Assembly (NCBI GenBank): GCA_963778115.1
Contig: CAVZSV010000005.1
Span: 256,001-320,000, forward strand
Direction of reading: 5' to 3'
Length of the DNA: 64,000 nucleotides
DNA from: an uncultured delta proteobacterium
GTDB taxonomy: Bacteria; Bdellovibrionota; FAC87; UBA2466
The notes under the pieces were generated by a model. The model made no database searches, was not told the origin of the DNA, and saw only the letters and a list, made by a program, of their open reading frames with translations. The position numbers and the translations under genes were made by a program. Of this stretch, positions 54,416-63,947 are shown in pieces; the stretch's first letter is position 1; each line of letters opens with the position of its first letter.

Positions 54416-55306
54416 ATGGACAAAGGAATCTACACGGCACTTTCGGGCGGAATTGCAAAGTCGCACGAATTGGAGCTGCTCTCCAATAACTTAGCCAACG
54501 TAAATACTCCGGGTTTTAAGCGCGATGCGGGGACGTTCAATGAATACCTCACGGAGTTACGGCGTCCCGATAGTGTTGAAGGATTGAAACGCCAAATTAC
54601 GGCGGAGACCATGCTCGAAGGGCGTCCCTCTGGTGATAAGAGTTTCGTCGAAATGGATAGCGTTTATACCAATTTTTCTCAAGGGCCCTTGGAAAAGACC
54701 AACCGAACGCTGGACGTAGGGCTTGAAGGAAACGGATTTTTTGAGGTTCTGACACCCGCCGGCGTTCGTTACACTCGGGGAGGAAATTTTAGCATTGGAG
54801 CCGATGGCCGTTTGGTGACGGTGAACGGATTTCCGGTGCTTGGCTCCGCGATGGAGAGCCCCAAAGAGAATCGAAGTGTCGTTTTGACGACCACGGGAAG
54901 AACGATAAGTTCAGGTCCTGACACTGAAGACGTGGCTCCCGTTGCCCCTCCGGAACAAAGAATTATTCAGTTAGGACAGGCCCCCGTGCAGATCAACGAG
55001 AACGGAGAGATCTACCAAGGCGGCAGGCGGGTAGGGATGCTCTCTATTCAGGAATTTAAAGAGAGCCAATGGCTGGAAAAGGTCGGTAGCTCTTATTATC
55101 GAAATGCCAGACAGGAGAATCTGGCCGATGGGCCTGTTCAGACCAAAGCGCACCAAGGATTTCTAGAAGGCAGTAACGTAAATCCGGTTGCCGAAATGAC
55201 TAAGCTTATTGACGTCACGCGTGCCTATGAATCTCACATGCAAGCTATCAAGACTTATCAGGAGATGGATGGCCGCACTGTGAACGATATTGCTCGAGAA
55301 CGCTAA
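54416..55306 (+). CDS. flgF: Flagellar proximal rod protein
   Basis: SNNLANVNTPGFK, GNGFF, YTRGGNF and LEGSNVNPV; directly precedes flgG. Confidence 0.9.
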   Translation: MDKGIYTALSGGIAKSHELELLSNNLANVNTPGFKRDAGTFNEYLTELRRPDSVEGLKRQITAETMLEGRPSGDKSFVEMDSVYTNFSQGPLEKTNRTLDVGLEGNGFFEVLTPAGVRYTRGGNFSIGADGRLVTVNGFPVLGSAMESPKENRSVVLTTTGRTISSGPDTEDVAPVAPPEQRIIQLGQAPVQINENGEIYQGGRRVGMLSIQEFKESQWLEKVGSSYYRNARQENLADGPVQTKAHQGFLEGSNVNPVAEMTKLIDVTRAYESHMQAIKTYQEMDGRTVNDIARER

Positions 55307-55344
55307 GAAACACCAAGAGATCTTGAATTGAAGGAGACTCGTCT

Positions 55345-56127
55345 ATGATTACAGCGCTTAATGCCGCCTCGTCGGGAATGGAAGCCCAAATGGCGCAGAT
55401 CGACAACATTTCAAACAATCTGGCCAACGTAAATACGACGGGCTACAAACGCACGCGTGCTGAGTTTCAAGATCTACTCTACGAAACGCTGCAAGAGCCG
55501 GGTGCTAACACTTCAGCAACTACGCAATCTCCCTTAGGCATTCAACGCGGAATGGGAGTTAAGGTGGCCGGCACTCAGAGAAACTTTGAAATGGGGCAGA
55601 TCCAAAGTACGGGGCGAGATCTCGACCTTATGGTCCGGGGGGAAGGGTTTTTTGTCGTTCAGCTCCCCAATGGCCAGACCGGATTTAAACGGGATGGAAC
55701 CTTTTATCGATCGAGTCTAGGACGGGTCGAGACTTTGGAAGGGTATCCTATTCAGCCCGAGGTTGTCGTTCCTCCCAATGCCAAGAAAATCGAAATCGCC
55801 GAAGATGGAACGGTTACCGTTGCCATTTCCGATGCGGATAGAGTCCAGATTGGCCAGATTCAGTTAGCCACTTTTGTTAATAACGGCGGTCTAAAAGCGC
55901 TGGGCAAAAATATCTTTGTGGAGACGGAAGCCAGTGGACGCCCGAATTTGTCGATCCCTAATCAGGAAACGGTGGGAGCTGTAATGCAAGGGCATTTGGA
56001 AGGATCCAATGTCGACGTCGTTAAAGAGATGACCGACATGATATCGGCTCAACGGGCTTTCGAAATGAATTCAAAAGTCGTCCAAGCCGTTGATCAAGTT
56101 CTTCAACACACGGTGAACGTACGATGA
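55345..56127 (+). CDS. flgG: Flagellar distal rod protein
   Basis: NNLANVNTTGYK, FQDLLYE, ETEASG, LEGSNV and QRAFEMNSK. Confidence 0.95.
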   Translation: MITALNAASSGMEAQMAQIDNISNNLANVNTTGYKRTRAEFQDLLYETLQEPGANTSATTQSPLGIQRGMGVKVAGTQRNFEMGQIQSTGRDLDLMVRGEGFFVVQLPNGQTGFKRDGTFYRSSLGRVETLEGYPIQPEVVVPPNAKKIEIAEDGTVTVAISDADRVQIGQIQLATFVNNGGLKALGKNIFVETEASGRPNLSIPNQETVGAVMQGHLEGSNVDVVKEMTDMISAQRAFEMNSKVVQAVDQVLQHTVNVR

Positions 56128-56822
56128 GAAGACTTAAGGTTATTGGCATTCTGATCCCAGGGGTTTTGCTGGGGATAACACTTGCGGCAAGTCCGGTTCA
56201 AAAAGGCGACGCTAACGCTCAATGGGGTGATGCTCGAGCTCAAATCTCGGGGTGGCTTTCCAAAGATCTCGCTCCCGGTATAGAGATTGAAGTGCAAAGC
56301 GTCCATTTTGAAGAGCCTCTTCCTAAAGATGCCCTGCTTCTCGATTTTAGTCCTAGACCTCCGTTTGGTCTCATCACGATCGAGGTCACCACCCCAAACC
56401 GATCGAGGCCTATTTACGGAACTGCCGTCATCAAAGCCTTTGCCAAAATTGCGGTGGCTAAAGTTGCGATTCGTCACGGAGAGAATATTTCCAATTCGCA
56501 AATCAGATTTGAGCGGCGCGAGCTAACTCCTTTAGGGCAGGTGGGTTATTTTCTGGCTGACTCAGGCGTTACGAGTCTACGGGCCCGAGGGTTTGTTCGT
56601 CCCGGCGCGGTCCTAAGTGGTGCCAACACAGAGAGTCCCTCCGCGGTGGAGAGAGGACAAGAGCTCGATCTTATCACTCGAAAAGGGGCATTGGTGGTGA
56701 CGGCCCGAGTGAAAGCCTTGGGCAGCGGACGGGTCAATGATTGGATACAAGTAGAGAACTTGGACTCTCACCGCATCTTGTCCGTGCGAGTGGCCGGCAA
56801 TGGTGAGGCGGAAACGAGGTAA
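56124..56822 (+). CDS. flgA: P-ring assembly chaperone
   Basis: Signal peptide; SAF-like C-terminus VERGQ...KALGSG...IQVENLDS; synteny. Confidence 0.85.
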   Translation: MRRLKVIGILIPGVLLGITLAASPVQKGDANAQWGDARAQISGWLSKDLAPGIEIEVQSVHFEEPLPKDALLLDFSPRPPFGLITIEVTTPNRSRPIYGTAVIKAFAKIAVAKVAIRHGENISNSQIRFERRELTPLGQVGYFLADSGVTSLRARGFVRPGAVLSGANTESPSAVERGQELDLITRKGALVVTARVKALGSGRVNDWIQVENLDSHRILSVRVAGNGEAETR

Positions 56823-56824
56823 GG

Positions 56825-57535
56825 ATGGATTTCATACAAGTCATTATCTTAGGCGTATGTCTAATCATGAGTCTTTCGGGATGTGCTGGATGGTTTCATC
56901 CTCGAGAAATTGCGATCGCCGCACCCGTTAAGGCCGTTCCCTTGCCTCCTCAGGAACCTCCCAAGGCGCAGAATATTGGCTCCATCTGGAGTGAAGGCTC
57001 AAAGTGGAATGACCTTTATTCGGGAAAAGAATCGCGGGAAATTGGCGATCTTATTCTTCTAAATCCCACCGATGGCTTTCGCATCGCGGTGGCGGAGAGA
57101 AAACACCAGAGTGCTGTTCAAGTCACTAGCTACGATCGCGAAAATAGTCACATCGTGGGAAGGATTAAGCAAGTGCTGTCACGGGGAGTTTATTCAGTCG
57201 AAGGGCATCAGGGACTTACGGTGGGGGGGCGATATTATGAGGTCAGGCTGTCGGGAAAGGTGAGGGAGCAAGACATTGCTCCTGATGATACTGCTTCGAC
57301 CGATAGTCTGTTTGAGCTTTCGTTCCTTGTGGACTCGGATACTTCCGACCCCGACGCGCACCTGGCTAAATCGGAGGTGAGTGGAAAGTCCAAGTCTAAC
57401 GACAAAGCACCAGACAAAAGCGACGACAAAGCAGACGAAAAGTCCAAAGAGAAAGCGAAGGACGTAGCAACCGACAAAGTCGTAACACCTGCGTCTCCCC
57501 AAGTGGCGGTCAAGGACGCGGAGGACAATCGATGA
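56825..57535 (+). CDS. flgH: Flagellar L-ring lipoprotein (divergent)
   Basis: Lipobox LSGC; GSIW, IGDLI and LSGKVREQDI; lies between flgA and flgI. Confidence 0.75.
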   Translation: MDFIQVIILGVCLIMSLSGCAGWFHPREIAIAAPVKAVPLPPQEPPKAQNIGSIWSEGSKWNDLYSGKESREIGDLILLNPTDGFRIAVAERKHQSAVQVTSYDRENSHIVGRIKQVLSRGVYSVEGHQGLTVGGRYYEVRLSGKVREQDIAPDDTASTDSLFELSFLVDSDTSDPDAHLAKSEVSGKSKSNDKAPDKSDDKADEKSKEKAKDVATDKVVTPASPQVAVKDAEDNR

Positions 57536-58605
57536 AAAAGATATTTCTTTTAGGGCTAATAGCGAGCTCGGTTTGCTTCGGTGTTCGTCTAAAGGACTTA
57601 GCTACGGTTCGCGGAATGAAGGACAACCAGTTGATGGGGTACGGAGTGGTAGTGGGATTACCTGGTACCGGAGATCGAGCGAGTGAATTTACGGAGACTT
57701 CATTGGATACCGCCCTTAGAGGTCTGGGCGTAGATCCGAAAACACAAAGACTGGGAACTAAAAATTCCGCGGCCGTCATTGTGACCGCGATCCTACCTCC
57801 CTTTACCCGGGCTGGTGCCAAATTAGATGTCATTGTATCGTCGATTGGAAGCGCTAGCTCCCTAGAAGGCGGATCTTTGATGATGACTCCTTTAAAAGGC
57901 GCTGATGGAAAGGTCTACGCGATTGCTGCGGGACGGCTAGGAGTGACTCGCCGAGCGGAAAGAAGTACCAGTGCTTTTCAGTCGATGCTAAGTACGGTTA
58001 TTCCTCAAGCTGCCATTCTAGAACGGGACGTCAGCTTCAATTTTGCCGACATCAAAAGCCTTAAGTATCAACTCTCGCAACCAGACTTCACGACGGCTGC
58101 CCGAATTTCGCAGAAAATTAACGAAGAGTTGGGGGGCAAATACGCCACAGCAACCGATCCGGGAACGGTTGACGTCATTCTTCCTTACGGCCTGGATGAA
58201 AATCCGGTAGATGTCGTAGCACGGATTGAAAGCGTCGATATTGAGCCGGACCGGCGTGCGGTCGTCGTGGTGAATCGCAAGAGTGGAACGGTAGTGCTGG
58301 GGGAGAATGTTCATGTCTACCCTGTCGCGATCGCCCACAATAATTTACGCATCCTCATCAAAGACGACGCTCGAAATCCCTCGGCCGACAATCCTAATGC
58401 TGACCCGGTAAGAGCGGGGCAGGGCGAGCTAACCCCGGTTCCCACCAAGCCAACTCGGCAAGTGGAATTTGCGACGCGCGGTACCAGCATCGCTGACGTA
58501 GTGACAAGCTTAAACGAAGTCGGGGCGTCGCCCGATGATTTGGTCTTCTTGATCAAATCGCTTCAGGAGACGGGCGCTTTAGTGGCGGAATTGGAGCTCA
58601 AATAG
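57532..58605 (+). CDS. flgI: Flagellar P-ring protein
   Basis: RLKDL, NQLMGYGVVVGLPGTGD, SLEGG, PDFTTA and GALVAEL. Confidence 0.95.
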   Translation: MKKIFLLGLIASSVCFGVRLKDLATVRGMKDNQLMGYGVVVGLPGTGDRASEFTETSLDTALRGLGVDPKTQRLGTKNSAAVIVTAILPPFTRAGAKLDVIVSSIGSASSLEGGSLMMTPLKGADGKVYAIAAGRLGVTRRAERSTSAFQSMLSTVIPQAAILERDVSFNFADIKSLKYQLSQPDFTTAARISQKINEELGGKYATATDPGTVDVILPYGLDENPVDVVARIESVDIEPDRRAVVVVNRKSGTVVLGENVHVYPVAIAHNNLRILIKDDARNPSADNPNADPVRAGQGELTPVPTKPTRQVEFATRGTSIADVVTSLNEVGASPDDLVFLIKSLQETGALVAELELK

Positions 58606-58618
58606 TTTTGAGGAGATT

Positions 58619-58921
58619 ATGAAAATCAATACTATTCCCAAGCACTTGGTAGAGAGTCTAAAGCCAGAGCAAAAGGGTGAGAGGGTGAATGAAAAGTTGA
58701 TGAAAATTTCAAAGCAGTTCGAATCACTCTTTGTAAATCAACTCGTCGGGGAGATGCGCAAGACAGTAACTCACGGGGGGCTAGTACCTGAAAGCCAGGG
58801 TGAGAAGATCTACCAATCCATGTTGGACTATGAATATTCCCAAAAGATAGCTGACACAGGTCAGTTGGGCCTGTCGCGATTGATTTATGACAGTTTATTG
58901 CGCAAGACCCGAGGAGAATGA
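58619..58921 (+). CDS. flgJ: Rod-binding FlgJ (no muramidase domain)
   Basis: QFESLFVNQLVGEMRKT, YQSMLD and GLSRLIYD; only 100 aa. Confidence 0.85.
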   Translation: MKINTIPKHLVESLKPEQKGERVNEKLMKISKQFESLFVNQLVGEMRKTVTHGGLVPESQGEKIYQSMLDYEYSQKIADTGQLGLSRLIYDSLLRKTRGE

Positions 58922-58999
58922 TAGACTTGAAAAGTACCGGCCGCATCCCATCATTTGCTCTCGGCACTCAACGGCACTACACTCTTTAGGAGGTTGACC

Positions 59000-59329
59000 A
59001 TGAAGGTCAATACCAATGCCCCGCACAACGCGAACACGGCGATAGAACGTCCCGGAGCGGCTCAAAAGAATCAGCCTACGTCTGAAGCGCAAGGCAAGCC
59101 CTCCGCTGCCGCCATCGGTTCTAGCTCTCAAGTTGAGATTTCCGAAAAGGCCCGGCTTATGCAAAAAGCCGCTGAAATAGCGGGAGCTACTCCCGAAGTT
59201 CGTAAAGATAAGATAGCCGCGCTTAAAAAGAGCATTGGTGAAGGCTCCTATCAGGTGGATAGTGCCGCTATCGCCGATAAGCTCGTGGACGAACATCTCC
59301 AAAGTTCATTCGGAAAGAATAACCTGTAG
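59000..59329 (+). CDS. flgM: Anti-sigma28 factor
   Basis: ATG 59000 follows AGGAGG; VEIS, VRKDKIAALKKSIGEGSYQVD and IADKL. Confidence 0.92.
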   Translation: MKVNTNAPHNANTAIERPGAAQKNQPTSEAQGKPSAAAIGSSSQVEISEKARLMQKAAEIAGATPEVRKDKIAALKKSIGEGSYQVDSAAIADKLVDEHLQSSFGKNNL

Positions 59330-59476
59330 TTCTGACTTAAGCAGTCTCAAGTCACAGTCTTTTGTCTTTGGCACAATGGACATTCCTTTCAGCACCTGAA
59401 GTGTGTCAGGGTATTGACGAATTTTCGATAATTCCTGGCGACCACTTCTGGTTAACTCTCACGTGGAAGACAACCT

Positions 59477-59947
59477 ATGAGCGATCCTATCTTAAACCTT
59501 TTCCAATTAAGCGATGAGTGCGTTCAATTAGCCAATGAACTGCATAAATGTTTCGACGCCGAAAGATCGGCTCTCATCCACTTTAAGACCGAAGAACTTC
59601 TGGAGGCCAATCGCCGGAAAGAAGAGTACTTGGCACTTCTTATTGAAAAGCGAGAAGAGCTTCGCCGTTTTATTGCAGAAAATTTTCAAGAGGGAAATCC
59701 CGAACCCTGGTTGACGGATGCGGATAATCGAACATGGGCGCGGAAACAAGAAGAGTGGGTACAGGCTTGGGAGCGGTTGCGGCGAACCTGCGAATCCAAT
59801 CAAGAGTTTCTCAAACATAGCCTTCGCAATCTGGACATGCTTGCCGAAAACCTGACCCGTCTTTTCGGTCTACACAGCGTTTACTCCAACAAAGGGACCC
59901 GAGTGGATCGCAAACCCCACGGCAACGTGGTCGAAGGGAGCTACTAG
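59477..59947 (+). CDS. flgN: Flagellar export chaperone
   Basis: Helical protein with ER.AL, N..FL and YS.KG; lies between flgM and flgK. Confidence 0.78.
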   Translation: MSDPILNLFQLSDECVQLANELHKCFDAERSALIHFKTEELLEANRRKEEYLALLIEKREELRRFIAENFQEGNPEPWLTDADNRTWARKQEEWVQAWERLRRTCESNQEFLKHSLRNLDMLAENLTRLFGLHSVYSNKGTRVDRKPHGNVVEGSY

Positions 59948-59948
59948 A

Positions 59949-61394
59949 GTGGGAATTGGTGATATATTCGAAATCGGAAATCAGGGATTGCAGGCAAGCC
60001 GCCAGTCTCTGCAGACGACTTCTAACAACATCGCCAATGCCAATACGCCGGGCTACTCCCGCCAGCGCCCCGTCGTAGAATCTAGGAGTCAGACGGTAAC
60101 TGACGGGGTGGTTTTAGGTGGCGGGGTCAACGTGCCTCGCGTAATCCGGGTTCACGATGCTTTTGTCGATCGCCAATTGACCGACGAGTTAAGAGAATAT
60201 GGAACCGCTAAGATCCGCTCCGAGGGGTTAGCCCACGTCGAGTCGCTGCTTCATAAAGGCGACTTCGAAATTGGGGATCTCACCAATAAATTCTTCAATA
60301 GCTACCGAGAACTCTCCGCCAACCCCGAAACGCCGTCCTTACGTGTGACGGTTGCCGCAGCTGCAAAATCTGCCGCTCAGGGCTTTCGCGGCCTTTCCAC
60401 CCAATTAGACGCTCTAAAAAGTGACCTCGACACCAGGCTAACGCAAACGGTGGAAGGGGTAAACTCTATGACCAAGGAGCTAGCAAGCCTTAACGTGAAG
60501 ATCGAAAGGTTTGAATTGCAGGGAATGACTCCCAATGAGCTCTTAGATCGCAGGGATGCCGTAGTTCGGGATTTATCTCAAAAATTAGGGTATCCCGTCA
60601 TCACCAATGAGCAGGGGCATGTCAATTTTGGAGCCACGGGTATCGGGGCTCTGGTGAATTCCGGAGAAGCGAATGATTTGGTAGTGGCGAGAACTCCCGC
60701 TGATGGAAAAAAGGCGGCAGGCGCTTTAGATATTTTCGTTAAGGATGCTTTTGGACTTCACAAAGTGACAGGAACGTTTAAAGACGGCGAAATTGCGGGA
60801 ATGATCGAAGTTCGAGACGACGTGGTAAACGAAACAAAACAGGAGTTGGATCGAGCGGCTTTTGAGTTTTCTAAAGCGGTCAATGATGTTCACAAGACCG
60901 GATACGGTGCCGACGGCAGTGGCGGTAAGGCCCTATTTACTGAGTTTGAAGGTCCCACGGGTGCTGCTGAAAAAATCGATGTGAGTGATGATGTGAAAAA
61001 CAACTCTCAAGCGATTGCGGCTGCCATGGACAGCCATTCGGCGGGAGATAATCGGATAGCGCTTCAGATAGCGGATCTGCAGAATAAGGCTCTATTGCCG
61101 CCATCGGGAGCCAAGCTAAACGATGAGGAATCGAATCGTTCTTTTACTCTTAACGAATCTTTAAACTCTTTGATGGGAGGGATTGCTAACCAGACCGCCG
61201 AAGAGAAGCAAATGTTCGACCACCAAGAGGCAATCATGGGCCAATTGGAGAACTATCGCCAGTCGGTATCGGGAGTTTCATTGGAAGAAGAGGCCCTGCA
61301 TATGATGCAGAATCAAGCGGTATTTAACGCTTCGGCTAAGACGATGAAGATGGGCGACGAGTTGTTACAGACGATCCTAAGTTTAAAGGCGTAG
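59949..61394 (+). CDS. flgK: Hook-associated protein 1
   Basis: NNIANANTPGYSRQR, PNELLDRRD, GDN and SVSGVSLEEE. Confidence 0.95.
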   Translation: MGIGDIFEIGNQGLQASRQSLQTTSNNIANANTPGYSRQRPVVESRSQTVTDGVVLGGGVNVPRVIRVHDAFVDRQLTDELREYGTAKIRSEGLAHVESLLHKGDFEIGDLTNKFFNSYRELSANPETPSLRVTVAAAAKSAAQGFRGLSTQLDALKSDLDTRLTQTVEGVNSMTKELASLNVKIERFELQGMTPNELLDRRDAVVRDLSQKLGYPVITNEQGHVNFGATGIGALVNSGEANDLVVARTPADGKKAAGALDIFVKDAFGLHKVTGTFKDGEIAGMIEVRDDVVNETKQELDRAAFEFSKAVNDVHKTGYGADGSGGKALFTEFEGPTGAAEKIDVSDDVKNNSQAIAAAMDSHSAGDNRIALQIADLQNKALLPPSGAKLNDEESNRSFTLNESLNSLMGGIANQTAEEKQMFDHQEAIMGQLENYRQSVSGVSLEEEALHMMQNQAVFNASAKTMKMGDELLQTILSLKA

Positions 61395-61416
61395 TTAATG
61401 TCCGAATAAGATCAAA

Positions 61417-62334
61417 ATGACGACTCGAATTTCAACACAACAAATTTTTAACACGAGCCAGTCGCACGTGGCCGAAGCCCGCAATCGCGAAATCTCTTCC
61501 TCGGAAAAGGCAGCGAGTCAGAAAGAGATCAATCGCCCCTCCGATAATCCGACGGGTTGGGTTAGGGCCCAATCAATCAAAGATGATCTCTCCCAGAGAA
61601 ACACCATTGCCAAGAATGCAGGCCTGGCTTCTCATATGCTGACCGTCAGTGAAAATGTGCTCACCCAGGTTATTGAAAACGTCCAACGAGCGCACGAACT
61701 AGCCATTTCGGCTTCTAGTACCACGGGCAATGAAGGAGGCGGCCGCAATCAGACACGGGAACACCTGCTCGCCGAGGTAAAGACCCTCTTTGACAGCACG
61801 CTTAGGACGTTAAACACCCGCTATGCGGGAAAGACGGTCCTGGGAGGCTATCAGACCGACAGAGCGGCCTTCGATGAGACGGGCAAGTATGTGGGCGACT
61901 CAGGTAGCTTTCAGATTGAGGTCGGCAAAGGGCTTGTCATCCCCGTCAATCTCTCGGCCCAGCAGGTGATACAGGGCAAGGGAATTACCGCGGGTGTGGA
62001 TGTCCCGGAAGTATTAGGTCGTTTAGTGGATGGCTTAGAGCATAACGATACCGAGATGATTCGAAGCACTTTAGGCGATTTAGTGCGAGCCGGCGATCAG
62101 CTTTCTTTGGGCAGAAGCGAAGTAGGAGCTAGAATGTCGGAAATCGAGCACGCCGTAAATTCTCACGAAGAGCAAAAGATCGACGATACCGACGATATCG
62201 CTAAGATCGAAGAGGTAGACGCCATAAAGGCGTTCACCGATCTCACTCGGGATCAGACGGTCTTGCGCGCTGCTATCGGAACCACCCAGAAGATTCTCTC
62301 TGAAGATCCCGTCAATAATTTCTTTAAAACGTAA
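61417..62334 (+). CDS. flgL: Hook-associated protein 3
   Basis: RIST, INRPSDNP, LNTRYAGK..LGG, VGAR and IEEVD. Confidence 0.92.
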   Translation: MTTRISTQQIFNTSQSHVAEARNREISSSEKAASQKEINRPSDNPTGWVRAQSIKDDLSQRNTIAKNAGLASHMLTVSENVLTQVIENVQRAHELAISASSTTGNEGGGRNQTREHLLAEVKTLFDSTLRTLNTRYAGKTVLGGYQTDRAAFDETGKYVGDSGSFQIEVGKGLVIPVNLSAQQVIQGKGITAGVDVPEVLGRLVDGLEHNDTEMIRSTLGDLVRAGDQLSLGRSEVGARMSEIEHAVNSHEEQKIDDTDDIAKIEEVDAIKAFTDLTRDQTVLRAAIGTTQKILSEDPVNNFFKT

Positions 62335-62419
62335 CTCATTGCGTCTGTTTTAATGAGGAACTGAATTTCTCCACTAAGTGTTTGAAATCCGCCTGTTTCC
62401 CTTCCTTTGAATTTTTCTG

Positions 62420-62446
62420 TTAAGAACCTTGGCCTAAAACCGATTA
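62420..62446 (+). promoter_or_regulatory. Possible sigma28 promoter of csrA-fliW
   Basis: TTAA (62420-23)-N15-ACCGATTA (62439-46). Confidence 0.5.
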
Positions 62447-62454
62447 GTCTCTTG

Positions 62455-62685
62455 ATGCTAGTGCTTACCCGCAAACTCGGCGAAAGTATTACAATTGACG
62501 ACGATATTAAGATCGTCGTGGTGCAGATCAAAGGTCGGCAGGTCCGACTCGGAATTGAAGCGCCGCGCGATACCAAAATCCACCGCGAAGAAGTCTATAT
62601 CGCCATCCAAGAGCAGAACAAAGCTGCCTCCGAATCCCAACTAGACCAGGTAAAAAAAGTTGCTAAGCTATTACGTCCCAGTTAA
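62455..62685 (+). CDS. csrA: Carbon storage regulator
   Basis: [23 protein letters not shown] and HREEVY; C-terminal extension typical of FliW-regulated CsrA. Confidence 0.96.
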   Translation: MLVLTRKLGESITIDDDIKIVVVQIKGRQVRLGIEAPRDTKIHREEVYIAIQEQNKAASESQLDQVKKVAKLLRPS

Positions 62686-62735
62686 CATCTAAGGGTAACC
62701 AGCCTTACTTCTTAGAGAAACTAGGAGACGAGCCC

Positions 62736-63275
62736 ATGATGGTGGAGACCACCCGTTTTGGAAGTATCTCTGTCGGTACTAATGACATAGTCACTTTTCC
62801 CGAAGGGATGCTTGGGTTTTCCAAAATTCACCAGTATGTCATCGTCGAAAGGGGAGACGACTCGCTGTTTTTATGGCTACAGGCCGTAAAAAAGCCCAGT
62901 GTCGCCTTTCCGCTCCTCGAGCCGCAGATCTTTGAAAGAAATTATAAGATCGAATTAGAAGACGAGGATCGCAAGCTTTTGGAGTTGCCCAGCCTCTCGG
63001 CAGCGAAGGTTTTTGCTATCGTTACCATTCCAAGCGATCCCACGAAGATGACGGCCAACTTGAAAGCGCCCATCATCATTAATATCAAGACGAGACTAGC
63101 GAAACAGGTCATTTTACATGACGCTGACTACCCCATCCGCAAGTCGATCTTTGCCGATCTTCAGCACCATTGTGCCGCTAGCCAAAGGACGATTTTTCCA
63201 CAAGCGGATGCGCCCGCTCCGACCTATCATGCGCTACACATCTCGGAGGAGTTGGTAGCTGAGACTTCGGCTTAG
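62736..63275 (+). CDS. fliW: Flagellar assembly factor / CsrA antagonist
   Basis: TTRFG, FPEGMLGF, FLWLQ, TANLKAPIIIN and KQVIL. Confidence 0.95.
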   Translation: MMVETTRFGSISVGTNDIVTFPEGMLGFSKIHQYVIVERGDDSLFLWLQAVKKPSVAFPLLEPQIFERNYKIELEDEDRKLLELPSLSAAKVFAIVTIPSDPTKMTANLKAPIIINIKTRLAKQVILHDADYPIRKSIFADLQHHCAASQRTIFPQADAPAPTYHALHISEELVAETSA

Positions 63276-63286
63276 TAGAAAAGGGA

Positions 63287-63317
63287 AAGGAGAACTCTGA
63301 TGGAGTCCTCCTTTTTT
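63287..63317 (+). terminator. Rho-independent terminator after fliW
   Basis: AAGGAGAACTC-TGATG-GAGTCCTCCTT followed by a T tract. Confidence 0.7.
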
Positions 63318-63461
63318 ATTAGCAAGGTATGTTACAGAAGTATAATTATACGACTAGCATTTCCCTTTAACCCTCAAACGACCCCCTAAAGGTCGTGACA
63401 CAAGAAACCTTAAAGCGAGACCCACGGTCATGCCCTCATGTGGGAAGGGACTTTAAATCTC

Positions 63462-63947
63462 TTATCCCTTGTCCTGGAGGTCCCGATAGATAGCCAAAAC
63501 TTTTTTTACGTACTTTTTCGTCTCGGAAAAAGGGGGTATTCCGCCGTATCGGTCGACATTTCCAGGGCCTGCATTATACGCCGCAAGTGCCAAGGAGAGG
63601 TCGCCCTGATAGCGATTGATAAGCTTTCGCAGGCAATCGCAAGCCCCCATTAAATTATTCATTGCATGGTAGGGATCTTGTATCTGACACTCTCGAGCGG
63701 TACGGGACATCACTTGCATTAGGCCCATCGCCCCTTTGCGGGAGGTGGCTTTGGCCTGGAAGTTTGATTCCACTTTGACGACGGCCTGAACGAGTTTGGG
63801 GTCCAAAGATGCCCTTCGGGCGGCATCGGTTATCTTTTGAAGCATTTCAGCAGAAGGACTCGCTGATAGGATCGAGAACGGAAGAAGGGCCAGAGAGAGC
63901 CACATTGTCCTTCGAAAGAACGACCTATATCGAATAGGAAATGCCAT
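63462..63947 (-). CDS. Soluble lytic transglycosylase (SLT domain)
   Basis: Signal peptide; VES, GAMGLMQ, LAAYNAG and PPFSETKKYV. Confidence 0.93.
   Translation of the reverse strand: MAFPIRYRSFFRRTMWLSLALLPFSILSASPSAEMLQKITDAARRASLDPKLVQAVVKVESNFQAKATSRKGAMGLMQVMSRTARECQIQDPYHAMNNLMGACDCLRKLINRYQGDLSLALAAYNAGPGNVDRYGGIPPFSETKKYVKKVLAIYRDLQDKG

Noticed and set aside
59405..59431. TTCGATAA upstream of flgN as a sigma28 promoter
   Set aside because: Both elements deviate from consensus; plausible by context but not supportable from sequence.
361..63653. Numerous 60-160 aa ORFs antisense to or nested in the called genes
   Set aside because: They overlap well-supported genes, lack recognisable motifs, and are expected shadow ORFs.
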